63,717 nt of DNA, filler included, from Octopus bimaculoides (GCF_001194135.2; 5 parts of 5 records of this genome joined end to end with filler, not necessarily neighbours in it); one strand, 5' to 3'; counted from the first letter of the whole stretch, positions 12,894 to 26,854 are shown. A program made the numbers and translations. Notes: a model not told the origin generated them from the sequence alone.

Positions 12894-14187
12894 CATATAT
12901 GCACATTTATATAAATTAGTAGCTGTATATCTCATAGAGTTAGAACGCCGTATCCTAATTTGCATGAGTTGAAAATCAATGAATTTACGCACTATCGTTT
13001 AAATCTTGCATTCTCATTTTTAATTTATAAATCAAAACAGGTTAGATTCGCAAGGTATAAAGCAGACCTTTTCTATTGTAAAGATGTTTTCAATGGTGTT
13101 AGAAATATAATATTACAGCCCTAGTTTCACGATTAAAAATTATACAAAGCATTATTTAAAAACTGCCTGCAGATGTAAAATTTTCGATATAACATAAAAT
13201 CTATCCAATTCTGTTGCATTAAACTCTATCCAATTCTGTTGCATTTTACGTTCCATTCTCCATAAAAAGAAATTGGTGTAATGTATCAGCAATGCCGTTG
13301 ATAAGTTATTTCAATCGTATATAACACTCATATTATATCTAATCTTATCCAGGCCAATTGCGGCTGCAGATTGTTTCCTTGATTCTAAAGCATTATTGAT
13401 AGCATAATCAATAGCATATGTATTGTGTTGACACACAACCCAGAGCTAATCTTTCCTGATTACAACCTCCGCATTCTAATATATTTTCTTCTAAAAATAC
13501 ATCTAGTATTAATATAAGGTGCATTGTGTAAGTTCTGAATTTATTCATTTTCGTCAGATATGTGTGTATATCAGGTGAAAATGATTGAAGAGGCGTAAGT
13601 TTATAAATCATTATATCGTGATTAGATACTGTGATTTGTTGAGCACTTGACAAACCAACACGTTGCCGAAATTCCAGAGGTGGTGGCGCTTATGTCATTT
13701 TAATTTTTTTAAAATTAATTCATTTACTTTGTTCTGAATCCTAGTGATTATTTCACTTGTTTTCATGGAAAGTATCATAAAAGTATAACAGATTTCTAGC
13801 TCGTGGTGTCATTTACATAGCCGCTGAATGAATTTCAGTCCGCGCACAGAAATAGCGCCTTGTAGTAAAGAAACTAAATCATTAAATTCCAACACTATTC
13901 TAGCTTTTTAATTTGCGATATTTTTTACAATCTACATTTATCTTTTCTTTTTTGTTTTTTAGTTTTTAGCTTTTGTCCAAACAGAGAATTTTGTATTTAG
14001 TCCTCAAAACCAAGAATTACAAATAAAATGGAACAGAATAGGCATAATCAGCACAGTCGTTTGTTTATGAAAGAAATCACAAGGAATTGATCCGGACAAA
14101 TAAATGCGCATATAATCAATGTATATACATACATATATACATGCATACATACATATGTACACTGATATATACACCATATATAACTAA

Positions 14188-14219
<32 letters not shown>

Positions 14220-14439
14220 ACNNNNNNNNNNNNNNNNNNNNNNNNNNNNNNNNNNNNNNNNNNNNNNNNNNNNNNNNNNNNNNNNNNNNNNNNNNNNNNN
14301 NNNNNNNNNNNNNNNNNNNNNNNNNNNNNNNNNNNNNNNNNNNNNNNNNNNNNNNNNNNNNNNNNNNNNNNNNNNNNNNNNNNNNNNNNNNNNNNNNNNN
14401 NNNNNNNNNNNNNNNNNNNNNNNNNNNNNNNNNNNNNNA

Positions 14440-14620
14440 TATGGGAGAATGTACGAAAAAACAACAACAGACGAGGACAGGTGGTGTAAATAACAAAAGG
14501 ATGTATTAGTATGACGCTCAGGAATACGGAAAGTCTTTGACGTTTCGAGCTACGCTCTTCAACAGAAACAATACGGAGACAAGGAGAAAAACACGGAGAA
14601 AAAAATTGAATAGTGTTCAG
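14440..14620 (-). mobile_element. Short non-coding element carrying an HHR-like motif (homolog of 56700-56970)
   Basis: Minus strand CTGTTGA-A-GAGC-GTA-GCTC-GAAAC-GTC; downstream TTCCTGAGCGTC..CTAATAC shared with 56880-56900. Confidence 0.6.
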
Positions 14621-14855
14621 TCATATATATACATGTACATACATATATACATACATACCTACATGTACATAAATATATATACATAATACATATATATATA
14701 TATACATACATATATATATGTATATAGACATGCATATGCCTATATATATACATACGCACACACACACAGACACACAGACACACACATACACATATATATT
14801 TTATATATATATATACACAAATACAAACATATATGCATATATATATTTATATATT

Positions 14856-15244
14856 CTTTTATTCTTTTATTTGTTTCAGTCATTTGACTACGGCATTTAT
14901 TCGAGCTACTCGACACCAGGACTTATTCTTTGTAAGCCTCGTATTTATTCTATCGGTCTCTTTTGCCGAACTAATAAGTTACGGGAACGTAAACACACCA
15001 GAGTTAGTTGTCAAGCGATGTTGGGGGAACAAGCACAGGCACACGAGCACACACACACGCATCTCTCACACACATATATAAGACGGGCTTCTTTCAGTTT
15101 CCCATTGCTAAATCCACTAACAAGGCTTTGGTCAGCCCAAGTCTATAGCAGAAAACACTTGTTTGATGTGCCACGCAGTGGGACTGAACAAGGAACAATG
15201 TGGTTGGTTTGCAGGCTACTTACCACATAGTCACTCCTGCGCCT
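14856..15244 (-). mobile_element. tRNA-derived SINE family B (CORE-like), full length with internal CA/TA microsatellite
   Basis: Minus strand head AGGAGTGACTATGTGGTAAG..GTTCAGTCCCACTGCGTGGCAC; tail ..GTCAAATGACTGAAACAAA. Matches the copies at 53525-54060 and 59057-59673. Confidence 0.9.
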
Positions 15245-15283
15245 ATGTATATATGTATGTAAGTATGTATGTATGTATGTATG

Positions 15284-15317
<34 letters not shown>

Positions 15318-15672
15318 TGTATGTATGTATGTATGTATAAAAATATATATATTCGTGTGCGGTTGATAGCAGAGAGATTAAGAAGTCAATGAAGGTACCT
15401 TGAAATATTAGCTAGGAAGTACCAGCCTAACTTTCAACTTCAGTCGTTTCCAAAATAAGATTCATTGTGCAATATATTTAAAATGTATTTAGAACAACAT
15501 AATCGTCAAGAAAAGATATACTTTCGCCACAGTTTTAATGATATTTGATTTGCTTCGTGACATAAACTCAAAATTTAACGTAAAAATCCGTATTGGGATC
15601 TTATTATCCCGTTGAGATCAACATATATTTTAATACCATTATCAGCTTTCTAATATGTCCTACTTTGTCTAA

Positions 15673-15713
<41 letters not shown>

Positions 15714-16013
15714 TGCACGAATGGTGTAAACCTTTGAAAGGGCATGTTCTGTAATAAATCCATTTACAGTTAATGCATACAACGTATGTAAAATTACAGT
15801 TATGTTGCTAGAAAGTGCAATCATCAAAACAATTTAATGATGATTATTCATATTTTAATTGTTTTAAACCTCTTCTTTATAAGAGACCCATATTTTACGT
15901 TTATTCTGTATTTCTATATCATTAAGCACATCCTTTCCAGGCATTTTCTGTGCTTTAAATAATATACATTTTTTTATATTTTAAGTCATCCACATACACA
16001 CACACACACATAC

Positions 16014-16078
<65 letters not shown>

Positions 16079-16779
16079 CAGTAGCAGCAGCAGTAGTAGT
16101 TGTAAATATGTTTATATTAATATGTGTGGTTGTGCTTGTGCGCAGAGCGACATACAAAGAGAGAATAAAGAAAGAAAGGAAGAAAAAACAGCGTAAATGA
16201 AATAACATCTATTGTAATAAAGTTAGAAAGTCTGAAGTATATTGCTTTGAATATTATATATAAATATATCCATTGTTGTCAGTCGTATTTACTGTAGCTA
16301 CGATATAAAATAGACAAATTGCCAAAAGTATTAGCATAAACGGCAATATCGAATATATATGAGAGTAATTGGCTGAAAATATAGTAACTTCGTTAAATGT
16401 TAAGTTTTCGAAAGTTCCGTTTACAGGGTAGTACAAATGACGTGGATGTATTAAAATGATTTATAACGCAATATTTATATATAAAAAGTTCATGCCCTTA
16501 ACCTGTATTCATAAAAGAAACCTATTAAAGGTTGAAGATCTGAAAAATATTTAGAAATTGAGAAAGTTCTTGCTCATCAGCTACGACACATAGCACGTGT
16601 TCAGAATATGCATCTAAGTCACGTGAGACAAAAATGCTGATTGACGCTAATGTACGGATGAGTCAGAGTTTTTTCGTTGTTGTTTCCGTCAGCAATATAA
16701 GCTGAAGATTTTGTCAGAAAATACAAATGTTATAGAAGCAGAACTGCTTTCAAAATTCCATATCTCCACGCGTTTCATA

Positions 16780-17775
16780 TATACTAATCTATAATATAAA
16801 TTGAACATGGGCGACCGTTGTATTCTGTATTGTCTCGAGGTTCACTGCCAAACGGTTGGGTGGATTCGCGTGAAAAATGGCACACATGTGGGGACGGGTG
16901 CATAGATTTTTTCTAACCCCCATAGTTACCGAGAAAATCGATTAAAACAACCTGCGTGCGTGCGTGTATATGAGTGTGTATCACTGAAGCCATACATACA
17001 TAATTATTCTCTTTCACTCTCTCTCGGTTTTTCTCTGTCAATCACTCACACATTCACTCACTACAAAGACTGAATGTACTAATTTCAATTATCTCCCTCT
17101 CTTGCTTACTTTCTCTCTCTCTCTCATATACACACACACCATCAATATCACTCTCTCTGTCTCGCACAACCCATCAAACGTACACGCACACACACACATA
17201 CGTACGCGCATCAATTCTTCCGTCTCACGCCAACTTCAAAAGCATTTCAGTCATAAAACTGTCTCTTTTCATTTGACGCCCACTTCAAAAGATCCCCTTT
17301 CCCCAAAACACATATTAAAACAATATTTTCACTTGTCCGGCCATTGATCGAGAGATAAAACACAAACCACGTCCTGCTGACTGCAAAACTCCTGCCAAAT
17401 TAGCCGCAAAAAACACACGCACACATAGAGACACACACGTCCATTTCATATGTCTTTCACTTTCTCTATGATTATACACACGTCCAGTACAATAGCTCTC
17501 ACATACATTTTCGTCTTCAACAGGTATGTATCTATTCAATAATATAAATTGTTTTCCTATAAGAGTCTAACAATTAATTATTCCATATTTCTACACTTAG
17601 CTTTTATCTGCACGTTTCTTAAATTGGATACGTCTGCTATTCATTCTTACATACAATTTCCCCGTTAATTCTTATAGCATCATTTTTTGTTAAACCAATT
17701 CTTAACGTCAACGTCTTAAGGCTTCTTCTATTTTTCATAGCCCCCATACTTACCGAGAACAGCGATTAAAACATT
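16780..17775 (+). mobile_element. Possible non-autonomous Helitron-like element
   Basis: Starts ACTAATCTATAATATAAA followed by CAAACGGTTGGGTGGATTCGCGTGAAAAATGGCACACATG, resembling non-autonomous Helitron 5' ends (recall). Internal 33-bp imperfect direct repeat at 16917-16949 and 17741-17772. No 3' CTAG end identified. Confidence 0.35.
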
Positions 17776-17933
17776 TTCTAATGCAATTCCCCTTTCTTCG
17801 ACCATTAACACAACTAGTTATTCACACACCATACAGTTTCTGAGTCAAACTACATAATACGCAGAATTGTCGCATTAATGCAGTAGGGAGTTTTGAAGGA
17901 GATTGGTTTCTTTTCTTCCGCTTAGCGATATGC

Positions 17934-18026
17934 TTAAGTTCGGTGGGTAGTCTCGTCCGAGTCGAGGGCAGCATCAGCTTGGAAGAAGACGTCGCTGCGG
18001 CAAGCCGCGTTCGATTCGTCGTCGTC
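17934..18026 (-). CDS. Candidate C-terminal coding segment truncated by gap (DDDESNAACRSDVFFQADAALDSDETTHRT*)
   Basis: GC/CpG-rich island in an AT-rich background; open 30 codons from the gap edge to TAA at 17934-17936. Confidence 0.3.
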   Translation of the reverse strand, partial: DDDESNAACRSDVFFQADAALDSDETTHRT

Positions 18027-18070
18027 NNNNNNNNNNNNNNNNNNNNNNNNNNNNNNNNNNNNNNNNNNNN

Positions 18071-18082
18071 TTAATTAATTAA
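18071..18082. other. Assembly linker TTAATTAATTAA within N run (also 45843-45854, 54663-54674, 62101-62112)
   Basis: Identical 12-mer with stops in all six frames, each embedded in about 44 Ns per side. Confidence 0.9.
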
Positions 18083-18166
18083 NNNNNNNNNNNNNNNNNN
18101 NNNNNNNNNNNNNNNNNNNNNNNNNNTGAGAGAGAGGGGGGGATAAAGAGAGAGAGGGAAAGAAAT

Positions 18167-18206
<40 letters not shown>

Positions 18207-18919
18207 ATGGAGACAGAGGAAAAGTGAGGGAAAGATAGCTAGCTAGATATTTAGATAGGGAAAGAGAGAGTGAGTGAGAGAAAGAGAGGAGGAAGAAATG
18301 GAGACATAGGGGAAAGGGAGAGAGAGAGACAGAGCGAAAGAGAGAGAGAGGGAGAGAAAGAGAGAATGAGAGACGGAAAAAATAATTAGCAGTGATTAAG
18401 AGGAAGAGTTTGAGGAAGGGAGTAGGGTGGTTATGGGAATGAAAAGACCGTTTAAGCATCATCATCATCATCATCATCATCATCAGTAGTTGTAGTCGTA
18501 GTTGTGGTGGAATATCATGGTTATAAGAGATGGGAATGGTGAAGGTAAGAAGGTGTGGAGAGGGAGGTGAAGGCGAAAGCTTGGGTGGGGGAACAAAAGA
18601 TATACAAATGGAGATAATATTGGAATATTGGAATGACAGGTTCTGACGTAGACACACACACATAAAGTATACATATATATTATTATATATATGCATATCT
18701 ATTTACATATACCTCTACATGTCTACATATCTCAGTCAATCAATTAATCGATATATCTATCTATCTATCCGTCTGACTGTCTGTCTGTATGTTTGTCTGC
18801 CTGTCTGCCTGTCTGTCTGTCTGTTTGTTGGCCTGTCTGTCTATGTCTACATATATATACAAATACATACACATCAACACGTGCAGACAAACACACACTT
18901 GTTTACTTGTTTACACATA

Positions 18920-19260
18920 CAGGGTGTTTGGGCCAAATTTGACAGTTTGCATTATAGAAAAAGAAAACACAAAAATCCATTCAAAAATCAAAGTATCTTA
19001 AAAGGTCAAAACCTATCAACTAGATTATGGCTGGGCGATAACAGTTTGTTCAAAGTAACTGCTGTGTCTGTTCCTACTGACCACGGCTTCGTAGTTTCTG
19101 TTGCAGTTGTCCTTGTCACGTCTTACAGCCTTTATAATGTCCACAGAGCATTGAGCAGCAACCACGAAGCCGGTACTTTGCAATCCGGCGCTGATAATCA
19201 TGACACGTGTAATTCTCTTCTAATATGCAGATGACTTTTAAACCTCCATGTCAACTAAGA
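18920..19260 (-). mobile_element. Tc1/mariner-type transposon relic (N-terminal HTH remnant, TA+CAGGGTG end)
   Basis: TA-CAGGGTG terminus at 18918-18926. Minus strand AAQCSVDIIKAVRRDKDNCNRNYEAVVSRNRHS resembles mariner-like transposase N-termini (recall). Confidence 0.45.
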
Positions 19261-19418
19261 TTTTCTCAACTACAACTTTGATCTTTACATTCTCCAATGC
19301 CGTTGACTGTTCGCCAGTACATGAAGCTGTTACTGATGAAGAAAAGAAACAAAAAGAGACAAAATATCGTCAGATGTAATCTGAACACTTTGTATACACA
19401 CACACATATATGTATGTA

Positions 19419-19458
<40 letters not shown>

Positions 19459-20277
19459 AATGAACAAACACTTCATTAGCCTAACGACAACGTTTCGGAC
19501 GTCGGTCCTTTGCCAGAATTTAGAGAAAAAGAATAGGGGTTGTTTGAAAGAAAAAAAGGTCGGTGAAAGAAAAAAACAATGTGTGGAGGGAGGGTTAGGA
19601 GTAAGATGGGGATGTAGCTCTATAGAGGCGCAGGTAGTAAAAAAGACAGTAGAGGGCGTTTCTGTCCGTGTAAATATAGGAGTGTATCCGTGTTTAGAGT
19701 TATTATTTGGGCTGATGGAGTGGTGCGTGTAGTTTTTAGGGCATGTGTATGCGTGTAGAAGCATGCAAGTGCAGAAATACATGGGGCATAGGTCAGTGGG
19801 AGTGTGTGATGTGCTATTGTGCATGTGTTTGTGTGTTTGTGTGTATCTGTGTGTGAATGTAATCATTAAGTGTTTCTGAAGAAGGCGTGGATGTGAGGAG
19901 ATTAGAGCGATCATGAGTATGAGATGAAAGGAAAGGCAAGATGAATGCGGAAGGTGTGATAGGGGTGTATGCGAAAGGTTGAGCTGTGATATGTTACATG
20001 GAAAGAAGGTATGATCTAAAAGAGGCGGAAGTGAAAGAAAAGGTAGAAATTCATAGAAGGAAAAGTCAGAGAAAAATTATATATAAATGATAAAAACTAA
20101 AACGAAAAAAGTGTTCTGTGAGAGAGAAAAAATATTTAAAATTTGCACATCTTTGGTGAAAAGTTCGGTTGAGTTCGATCAAGCGTCCTGTTGGTGTTTA
20201 TGTTAAGTAATTTATGATATCAGTGAAACTTTAAATTGAAGGGAGACAATATGTATATATACATATATACAGATAGA

Positions 20278-20369
<92 letters not shown>

Positions 20370-20519
20370 TAGATAGATAGATAGATAGATAGATAGGAAG
20401 AGTGAAAAATGGATGCTTTAGTAGACCGAAAGTATTTATATAAATATCGGTCATAACCGGTTGAAATGTCACAGCTCTCTGGCCGACGCACCTCTCATAG
20501 GATTGGGCCGCCACAGCAA

Positions 20520-22262
20520 CTCGCAACTGGCTGAGTTCCAAAAGCATCAGGGGAAGACAGCAGAACATTCCAGGTCCCCACCCGAATAGGCCTCCACATG
20601 ATGAAACCGTTATACTACTCAGGCAACATCCTCCCCAACCTATAAACTCAGATGGCGCACTTCTGACGGAGTAGCCCAAGGTAGAAGCATGCTGGCCATC
20701 GTACTTTGGCGAGTTGTATATGGTGGACCCACCCTGTACTGATCTGAATACTACGATGCCTTCAGCACTGGAGACCGACCAGCAAGTCAGCTGTAATCTG
20801 TCGTCCGAAGATGAAATTCGTACGGCGGTAAATCAGCTGAAGGGCTGGAAGGCAGCCGATGTTTGTGGCTTCCATAGGAAGATGATCAAGAAAGGTGGGC
20901 ATGCTGCAGTCTTCTCCTTGCAGCAGATCATCTGCTCCATCTGGAGCAGTGGCATAATACCACGTGATAGGAAGTGGGGTATAATTATACCATCACGGAA
21001 AGGTATAGGTGACCGCCGTGACAGTAGCGATTATAGGAGTGTTACACTCTTCTCAATGTCTGGTAATGTCTTTTCCAGGGTCATGCTGAACAGTGCAAAA
21101 TCATTTGCTTGCGTCTCAGCGACTGGAGCAGTCAGGGTTCACGCCAAAGAAGTCAACTACTGACAAGATCCAGGCTCTTGGTGCACTCATTGAACGCAGA
21201 GATTTCAGCAAGGGCTGCTTGTAGCCTGCGTCGGTTTTCGCAAGGCGTTTGACTCAGCGGAGCTGCGAGGTGTATTTCCTCAACTGATTGGTCTGATGAT
21301 GGCCTTCTGCATCAGGAGAGTCAGTGAAGTCAGTGAAGGTTCAACATCTACATCTGACTTTTTCTTGTTTAGATTAGAGTTGCATCTTGGATCGCACTCT
21401 GTTCAATGCCTGCATGGATTGGAAACTTGGCAAAATTGTGACTCGATTGAATTGTGGTGCACCCATTGATGAAACTAGGATTACAAACTTAGATTTTGCT
21501 TATGACGCAGTTAATCTTGCTGAGTCTCTGGATGTCTTAAAGAGCACTCTCTTTTCACTCAGTGAAGAAGCGGAGGCGCTTGGCTTTAAGATCTCTTGAG
21601 TCAAGACAAAGCTCCAGTCCTTCGTTGGCTTCTTGGAGGACTCCACATCGTCTGTCGCTGTTGCGGTTGAAAATATCGAAATTGTTGACCGTTCACTTAT
21701 ATCGATAATGAACTGCGAGTCTGAAGTCCTAAGACTCGAACTCATTGGATAAGAATTTTTGGCGCTGCCGATATCTGTGCAAGAAGACAAAGTTTCAGGT
21801 CTCTGGTCCTCTCTGTCCTGTTCTCTATAGTTGTAGACTTGGATACAGCCTGTGTCCCATGGCAGCCGCCTGAACTCCTTTGGTACCAGGATGCGTCGCC
21901 GGATTATGTGTTACCATTGGTCGAATTTCGTATCCAACCAACGACTCTATTCAGAAACTAGGATGCATCCTGTTACCTGCATGATTCGGGAAGGAGCGTC
22001 AGCGCAGATTGCTTGACCATGTTGCTCGACTTTCCTTGTTAGATAGACTCTGCTTATGTTCCTTTCACTGAGAATCCAGCTGGGTTGATTGCTCGTATTA
22101 GTCGACCACATAGCCAAATGGTCAGGGCAGATGAGGGGGTATATTGCGGAGATGGGGACTGACTGAGACTCTGCTCGACAGGCCTGTGTATAAACCGACA
22201 AATGGTGAATACAGCAATGCGCTGCAACAGTGCACGCCCCCGCATCTGACCTGACCTGATCT
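20520..22262 (+). mobile_element. RTE-clade LINE, 5'-truncated, degraded RT
   Basis: ORF 20714..21163 (EDEIRTAVNQLKGWKAADVCG..IPRDRKWGIIIPSRKGIGDRRDSSDYRSVTL) and 21387..21599 (NLDFAYD, a decayed FADD); ends in a (CTGAC)n tail at 22246-22259. Confidence 0.9.
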
Positions 22263-22289
22263 TGATATGTGTGGGAAATGATGTTGACT

Positions 22290-24850
22290 AGATTAGAGGT
22301 TTTGAGGTAAGATTAAGTTGTGTTGCAATGTTCGATTCTAGTTGAGGGCATTGAGGGTACGGTGCCTCAGTAGTGGGTAATTTAGAAAATGGTGTTAGTT
22401 TAGACAAACTGATTGTAGATTCCCTACTGAGGTTGAAGCTGGTGGGGTACTTCATAACTCCGCATTCCTTGGACGCAGGGTAGTCAAAATAAAGATAATT
22501 CACGTGCTACCAGAAATGGCTAGTGGCGTCTGATCTTTTTAATATAGAGGAGAAGAACCAACAATCTAGAGGTATAGAGACTGCAGAAATAAAATTGCTG
22601 AGGCCAAGAGATTGAGCTTTTGATTCAAAATGGATCACTAAAGCACGGAAGTCATCTCGGATTTGTTCAATTTTGCAGGGCGGCCCAGAATTCTATTTGG
22701 CCATTGAAGGCAGAAGGCTGAGGTGTCACAAGTGTGTTGATACAAGCCACTTTAAGGCTTTCTGTTCACAGCAAAGGAAAGGAGAAAGACCACCACCTCT
22801 GCCGACACCATCAACAACACCACCATCAACCATCAACCACAACAAAAGAAGAATCACTAACAGCGACAGGCGGTCACAACATCATTGACAGCAAGAAAAC
22901 AGCAGTAACAGCAGCAGCAGTAGCAGCAGTGACTGCAGCATTTACAGCAGCGACAACAACAGCAGCAGTAGCAGAAGCAAAATCAACAGCAACAGCTTCA
23001 GCAACAACAGTAGAAATAACAGTTACCAAAAGAAAATACATCAACCTCAAGGGTCACAATATCACAGACAACAGGAACAAGAATAGCAACAGAAAACCCC
23101 AAAGCAACGACAATGACATCATCAAAGTAACATCTGAAATCTTCTCAAGTCATACTCCCTCAACCCTTTCTACACAGACATGTCGTGAAGGTGACAAGGT
23201 AATTAATAACAAAGACCCCTCCCCCAATACCATTAGAAACTGGGAGATATGAACAAGCGGGAGAAGTGTTACCTTCAAGCAGCGATACACCAACACCACC
23301 CACGACAACTGCTACACCAGCACTATCAACACCATCATTCCCATCTCCATCACCACCGCTATCACAGGCACGATTATCTCAAACACAAGACAGTCAAATT
23401 CACACCCAACAATCAGAATACGTCGCTAACACTACCCCACCTCCCCCCCCAAAAAATATAAACACACCACTAACAACATTGCCATGGACACAAGCAAAAA
23501 TATACTAACGGATCACGTACACCAATATACAAGCCAATAGCATCCTTTCAAGCATTAAAAGTTACTCAAATTTCGAAATACAAATACAGCGTTTTAAGAA
23601 ACAAATGTCTGAAGAACTGGGAAACCTACACTTTAATATAAACAAAGGACTATCCAAGAACTGCTTATGGAAATGCTCCCTCCCAGCTAACATGAGGGAC
23701 AAAATATCCGTCCTTCCATAGAAATAAAACGTGTGACCCGTTTTTCATTCCTTATCGAACATGGCTGTGGTCAAAATAGACAGTGTAAATGGACATGGCC
23801 TGGGGTCAGCGGGAAGCAGGTCACCCTGCTCAACAATCCCGGGTCACTAAATGCAGATGTGGTAGCCATCAGTGAGACGAGAGTTTTCGATCCACAAGCT
23901 TTCATGCTTATTTTCGGTAGATAAGAGTATTACTTATCTACATGTCGACCGGATATTTGTGGTGAAGCTGCGGAATTCTTTTGGAAAGGTTCGGATTTTG
24001 AGATACGGACAATTTTCTTTGATCCAGAAAGTAAGTGATCCTGGATGTGAACAGTATTGAAGTGGGTGTATTCAGTTATAGCTGTTTATGTTCCGGCAGG
24101 AGCGGGACAAATGAATTTCTTGAGGAGCCTGGTGGTCTCTATGGGAATGCCCAACTCTTTAGAGTTAGTGGGTAGGTGTCTTGGATGCAAGCTTGGATTG
24201 TGTGATACTAGTGGACAGGAAAGGGGTGTGAAAATTTTTGAAGACCTGCTCAGATAGGTACCAACTGTATTTACTGAATGTGCCAGTGTGGACATGGTCA
24301 AACTACACCGGGTCATCTAGGTCTGTAGTCCAGCAGGTAAGGATAGCATAGGTTATTCACTTTTTAAAATCGTCTGCTATATAGAACACACATTTGGGAT
24401 CTGTATGGTCAACCTTGTTAGGTTTCGTAGGCAGGGACCCGGTTACTGGAAGCTGAATGCATCAGTCCTGGTGCACCAAGCTTACAAAGACAGGATTAGC
24501 GAATTAGTTAAGCGGGCGTTGACGGGGTCAGTCATCAATAACGTAAGTACAATGCATTGGGTTTAGTAAGGCCGTAACTGTAGAATGAAAATAATAGAAT
24601 AGGGAGAAACTTAGAAACTTTGAAGGAACAATTAGGAAAAGAATCGCACTCGCTGCGAAATTGACCCTCGACTAATTCTTCAACTCTAAGCAGAAAGACT
24701 GTATTGTCAGAGTTGAGGTACGTGCTCCAAGTTACAAAGGGGCGAAAGCCGCTTGATGGGCCCGAGTGGCAGAGACAACACGGCAACAATATCACAATTC
24801 GGTCTTTGGCGTCCATAATGGACGCATGCTACTGCGCACCGTCGCCCTCA
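22290..24850 (+). mobile_element. Tx1/L1-like LINE: ORF1 with CCHC knuckle and AP-endonuclease/linker remnant
   Basis: RCHKCVDTSHFKAFC (Cx2Cx4Hx4C) at about 22720-22770; LNADVVAISETR, VIAVYVP and GPGYWKLNASVL motifs at 23820-24480. Many stops. Confidence 0.8.
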
Positions 24851-25369
24851 CTCTTCCATCCGTGACTATCTTCAATCTAGTGACAATATCAGGCAAGGAG
24901 GACTGGGGATTGAGAAGACGGATGTAGAGGATGAGCAAACTGTCTTATTTGTTTCATCTTGCTCTCTGCACTTCACTATGCATTGTTGCAGCTGCTTTCC
25001 TCTCCGTTGAACCACAAAGGTTTCTTCCACAAAGATTTTCCCACAAAGATGGATTCTGTCATCAGATGCAAAGGTAGGCAAGCCCTAATATGGTAATCAG
25101 CTCATAGCTGGCACTCGTGTAAGGGTACCAGCAACTCCGGGTAACAGTAGCCCTGGGAATAATATGGATCAGAGGTGGTTCCATACTCGTCATAACCCTG
25201 GGCCCCACTATAAAGTAACACACAGACATACATTTATGTTGATTGTAGGAGCCTCTACGTTTTTGTTACTTGATTTGCAAGATATAGCAGCCACACTTCC
25301 GTCTCAAATAAGGAGATAAACCATATCTGATACTTGGGGTTGAAATAACAGAAGCAATAACAGAAGCAT

Positions 25370-25480
25370 ACATACACTACAGTTCTATATTTAAGAGATG
25401 AGGAATTATGTACATTATTTACATTTGACGGATATTTGTCCTCATTTTGTTTGTTGTTAACACAACGTTTCGGCTGATAT
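25370..25480 (-). mobile_element. Short element with 3' half of an HHR-like motif, cut by gap; related to the 50.0/50.9 kb repeats
   Basis: Minus strand ATATCAGCC-GAAAC-GTT-GTG..AACAAAATGAGGA parallels CAACC-GAAAT-GTA-GTG..CAAGATGAGGA at 50940-50975. Confidence 0.5.
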
Positions 25481-26678
25481 NNNNNNNNNNNNNNNNNNNN
25501 NNNNNNNNNNNNNNNNNNNNNNNNNNNNNNNNNNNNNNNNNNNNNNNNNNNNNNNNNNNNNNNNNNNNNNNNNNNNNNNNNNNNNNNNNNNNNNNNNNNN
25601 NNNNNNNNNNNNNNNNNNNNNNNNNNNNNNNNNNNNNNNNNNNNNNNNNNNNNNNNNNNNNNNNNNNNNNNNNNNNNNNNNNNNNNNNNNNNNNNNNNNN
25701 NNNNNNNNNNNNNNNNNNNNNNNNNNNNNNNNNNNNNNNNNNNNNNNNNNNNNNNNNNNNNNNNNNNNNNNNNNNNNNNNNNNNNNNNNNNNNNNNNNNN
25801 NNNNNNNNNNNNNNNNNNNNNNNNNNNNNNNNNNNNNNNNNNNNNNNNNNNNNNNNNNNNNNNNNNNNNNNNNNNNNNNNNNNNNNNNNNNNNNNNNNNN
25901 NNNNNNNNNNNNNNNNNNNNNNNNNNNNNNNNNNNNNNNNNNNNNNNNNNNNNNNNNNNNNNNNNNNNNNNNNNNNNNNNNNNNNNNNNNNNNNNNNNNN
26001 NNNNNNNNNNNNNNNNNNNNNNNNNNNNNNNNNNNNNNNNNNNNNNNNNNNNNNNNNNNNNNNNNNNNNNNNNNNNNNNNNNNNNNNNNNNNNNNNNNNN
26101 NNNNNNNNNNNNNNNNNNNNNNNNNNNNNNNNNNNNNNNNNNNNNNNNNNNNNNNNNNNNNNNNNNNNNNNNNNNNNNNNNNNNNNNNNNNNNNNNNNNN
26201 NNNNNNNNNNNNNNNNNNNNNNNNNNNNNNNNNNNNNNNNNNNNNNNNNNNNNNNNNNNNNNNNNNNNNNNNNNNNNNNNNNNNNNNNNNNNNNNNNNNN
26301 NNNNNNNNNNNNNNNNNNNNNNNNNNNNNNNNNNNNNNNNNNNNNNNNNNNNNNNNNNNNNNNNNNNNNNNNNNNNNNNNNNNNNNNNNNNACAAACAGT
26401 TATACATTCAGACGTACGTATATGAATACTTACACATATACATACAGACATACATATATGAATACTTACACATATACATACATATATACGGACATACATG
26501 CAAACAGACATTCATACGTGCATATATATATATACTCATATGAAAACAGAAAACTTGTAAAATTTATTCACGTGTTTCAATACCTAATATGAGTTAGGAT
26601 TATAACCTTATCTACATACTACATTCATATGTGTAGTATCTAAGTCACGTGCACTCACATACATAAATACTACACACA

Positions 26679-26786
<108 letters not shown>

Positions 26787-26854
26787 CACCTTACACAAAA
26801 TCATCACACGTGTTGCAAAACAATATGTTGAATATAATAGGCACAGTCACAACT

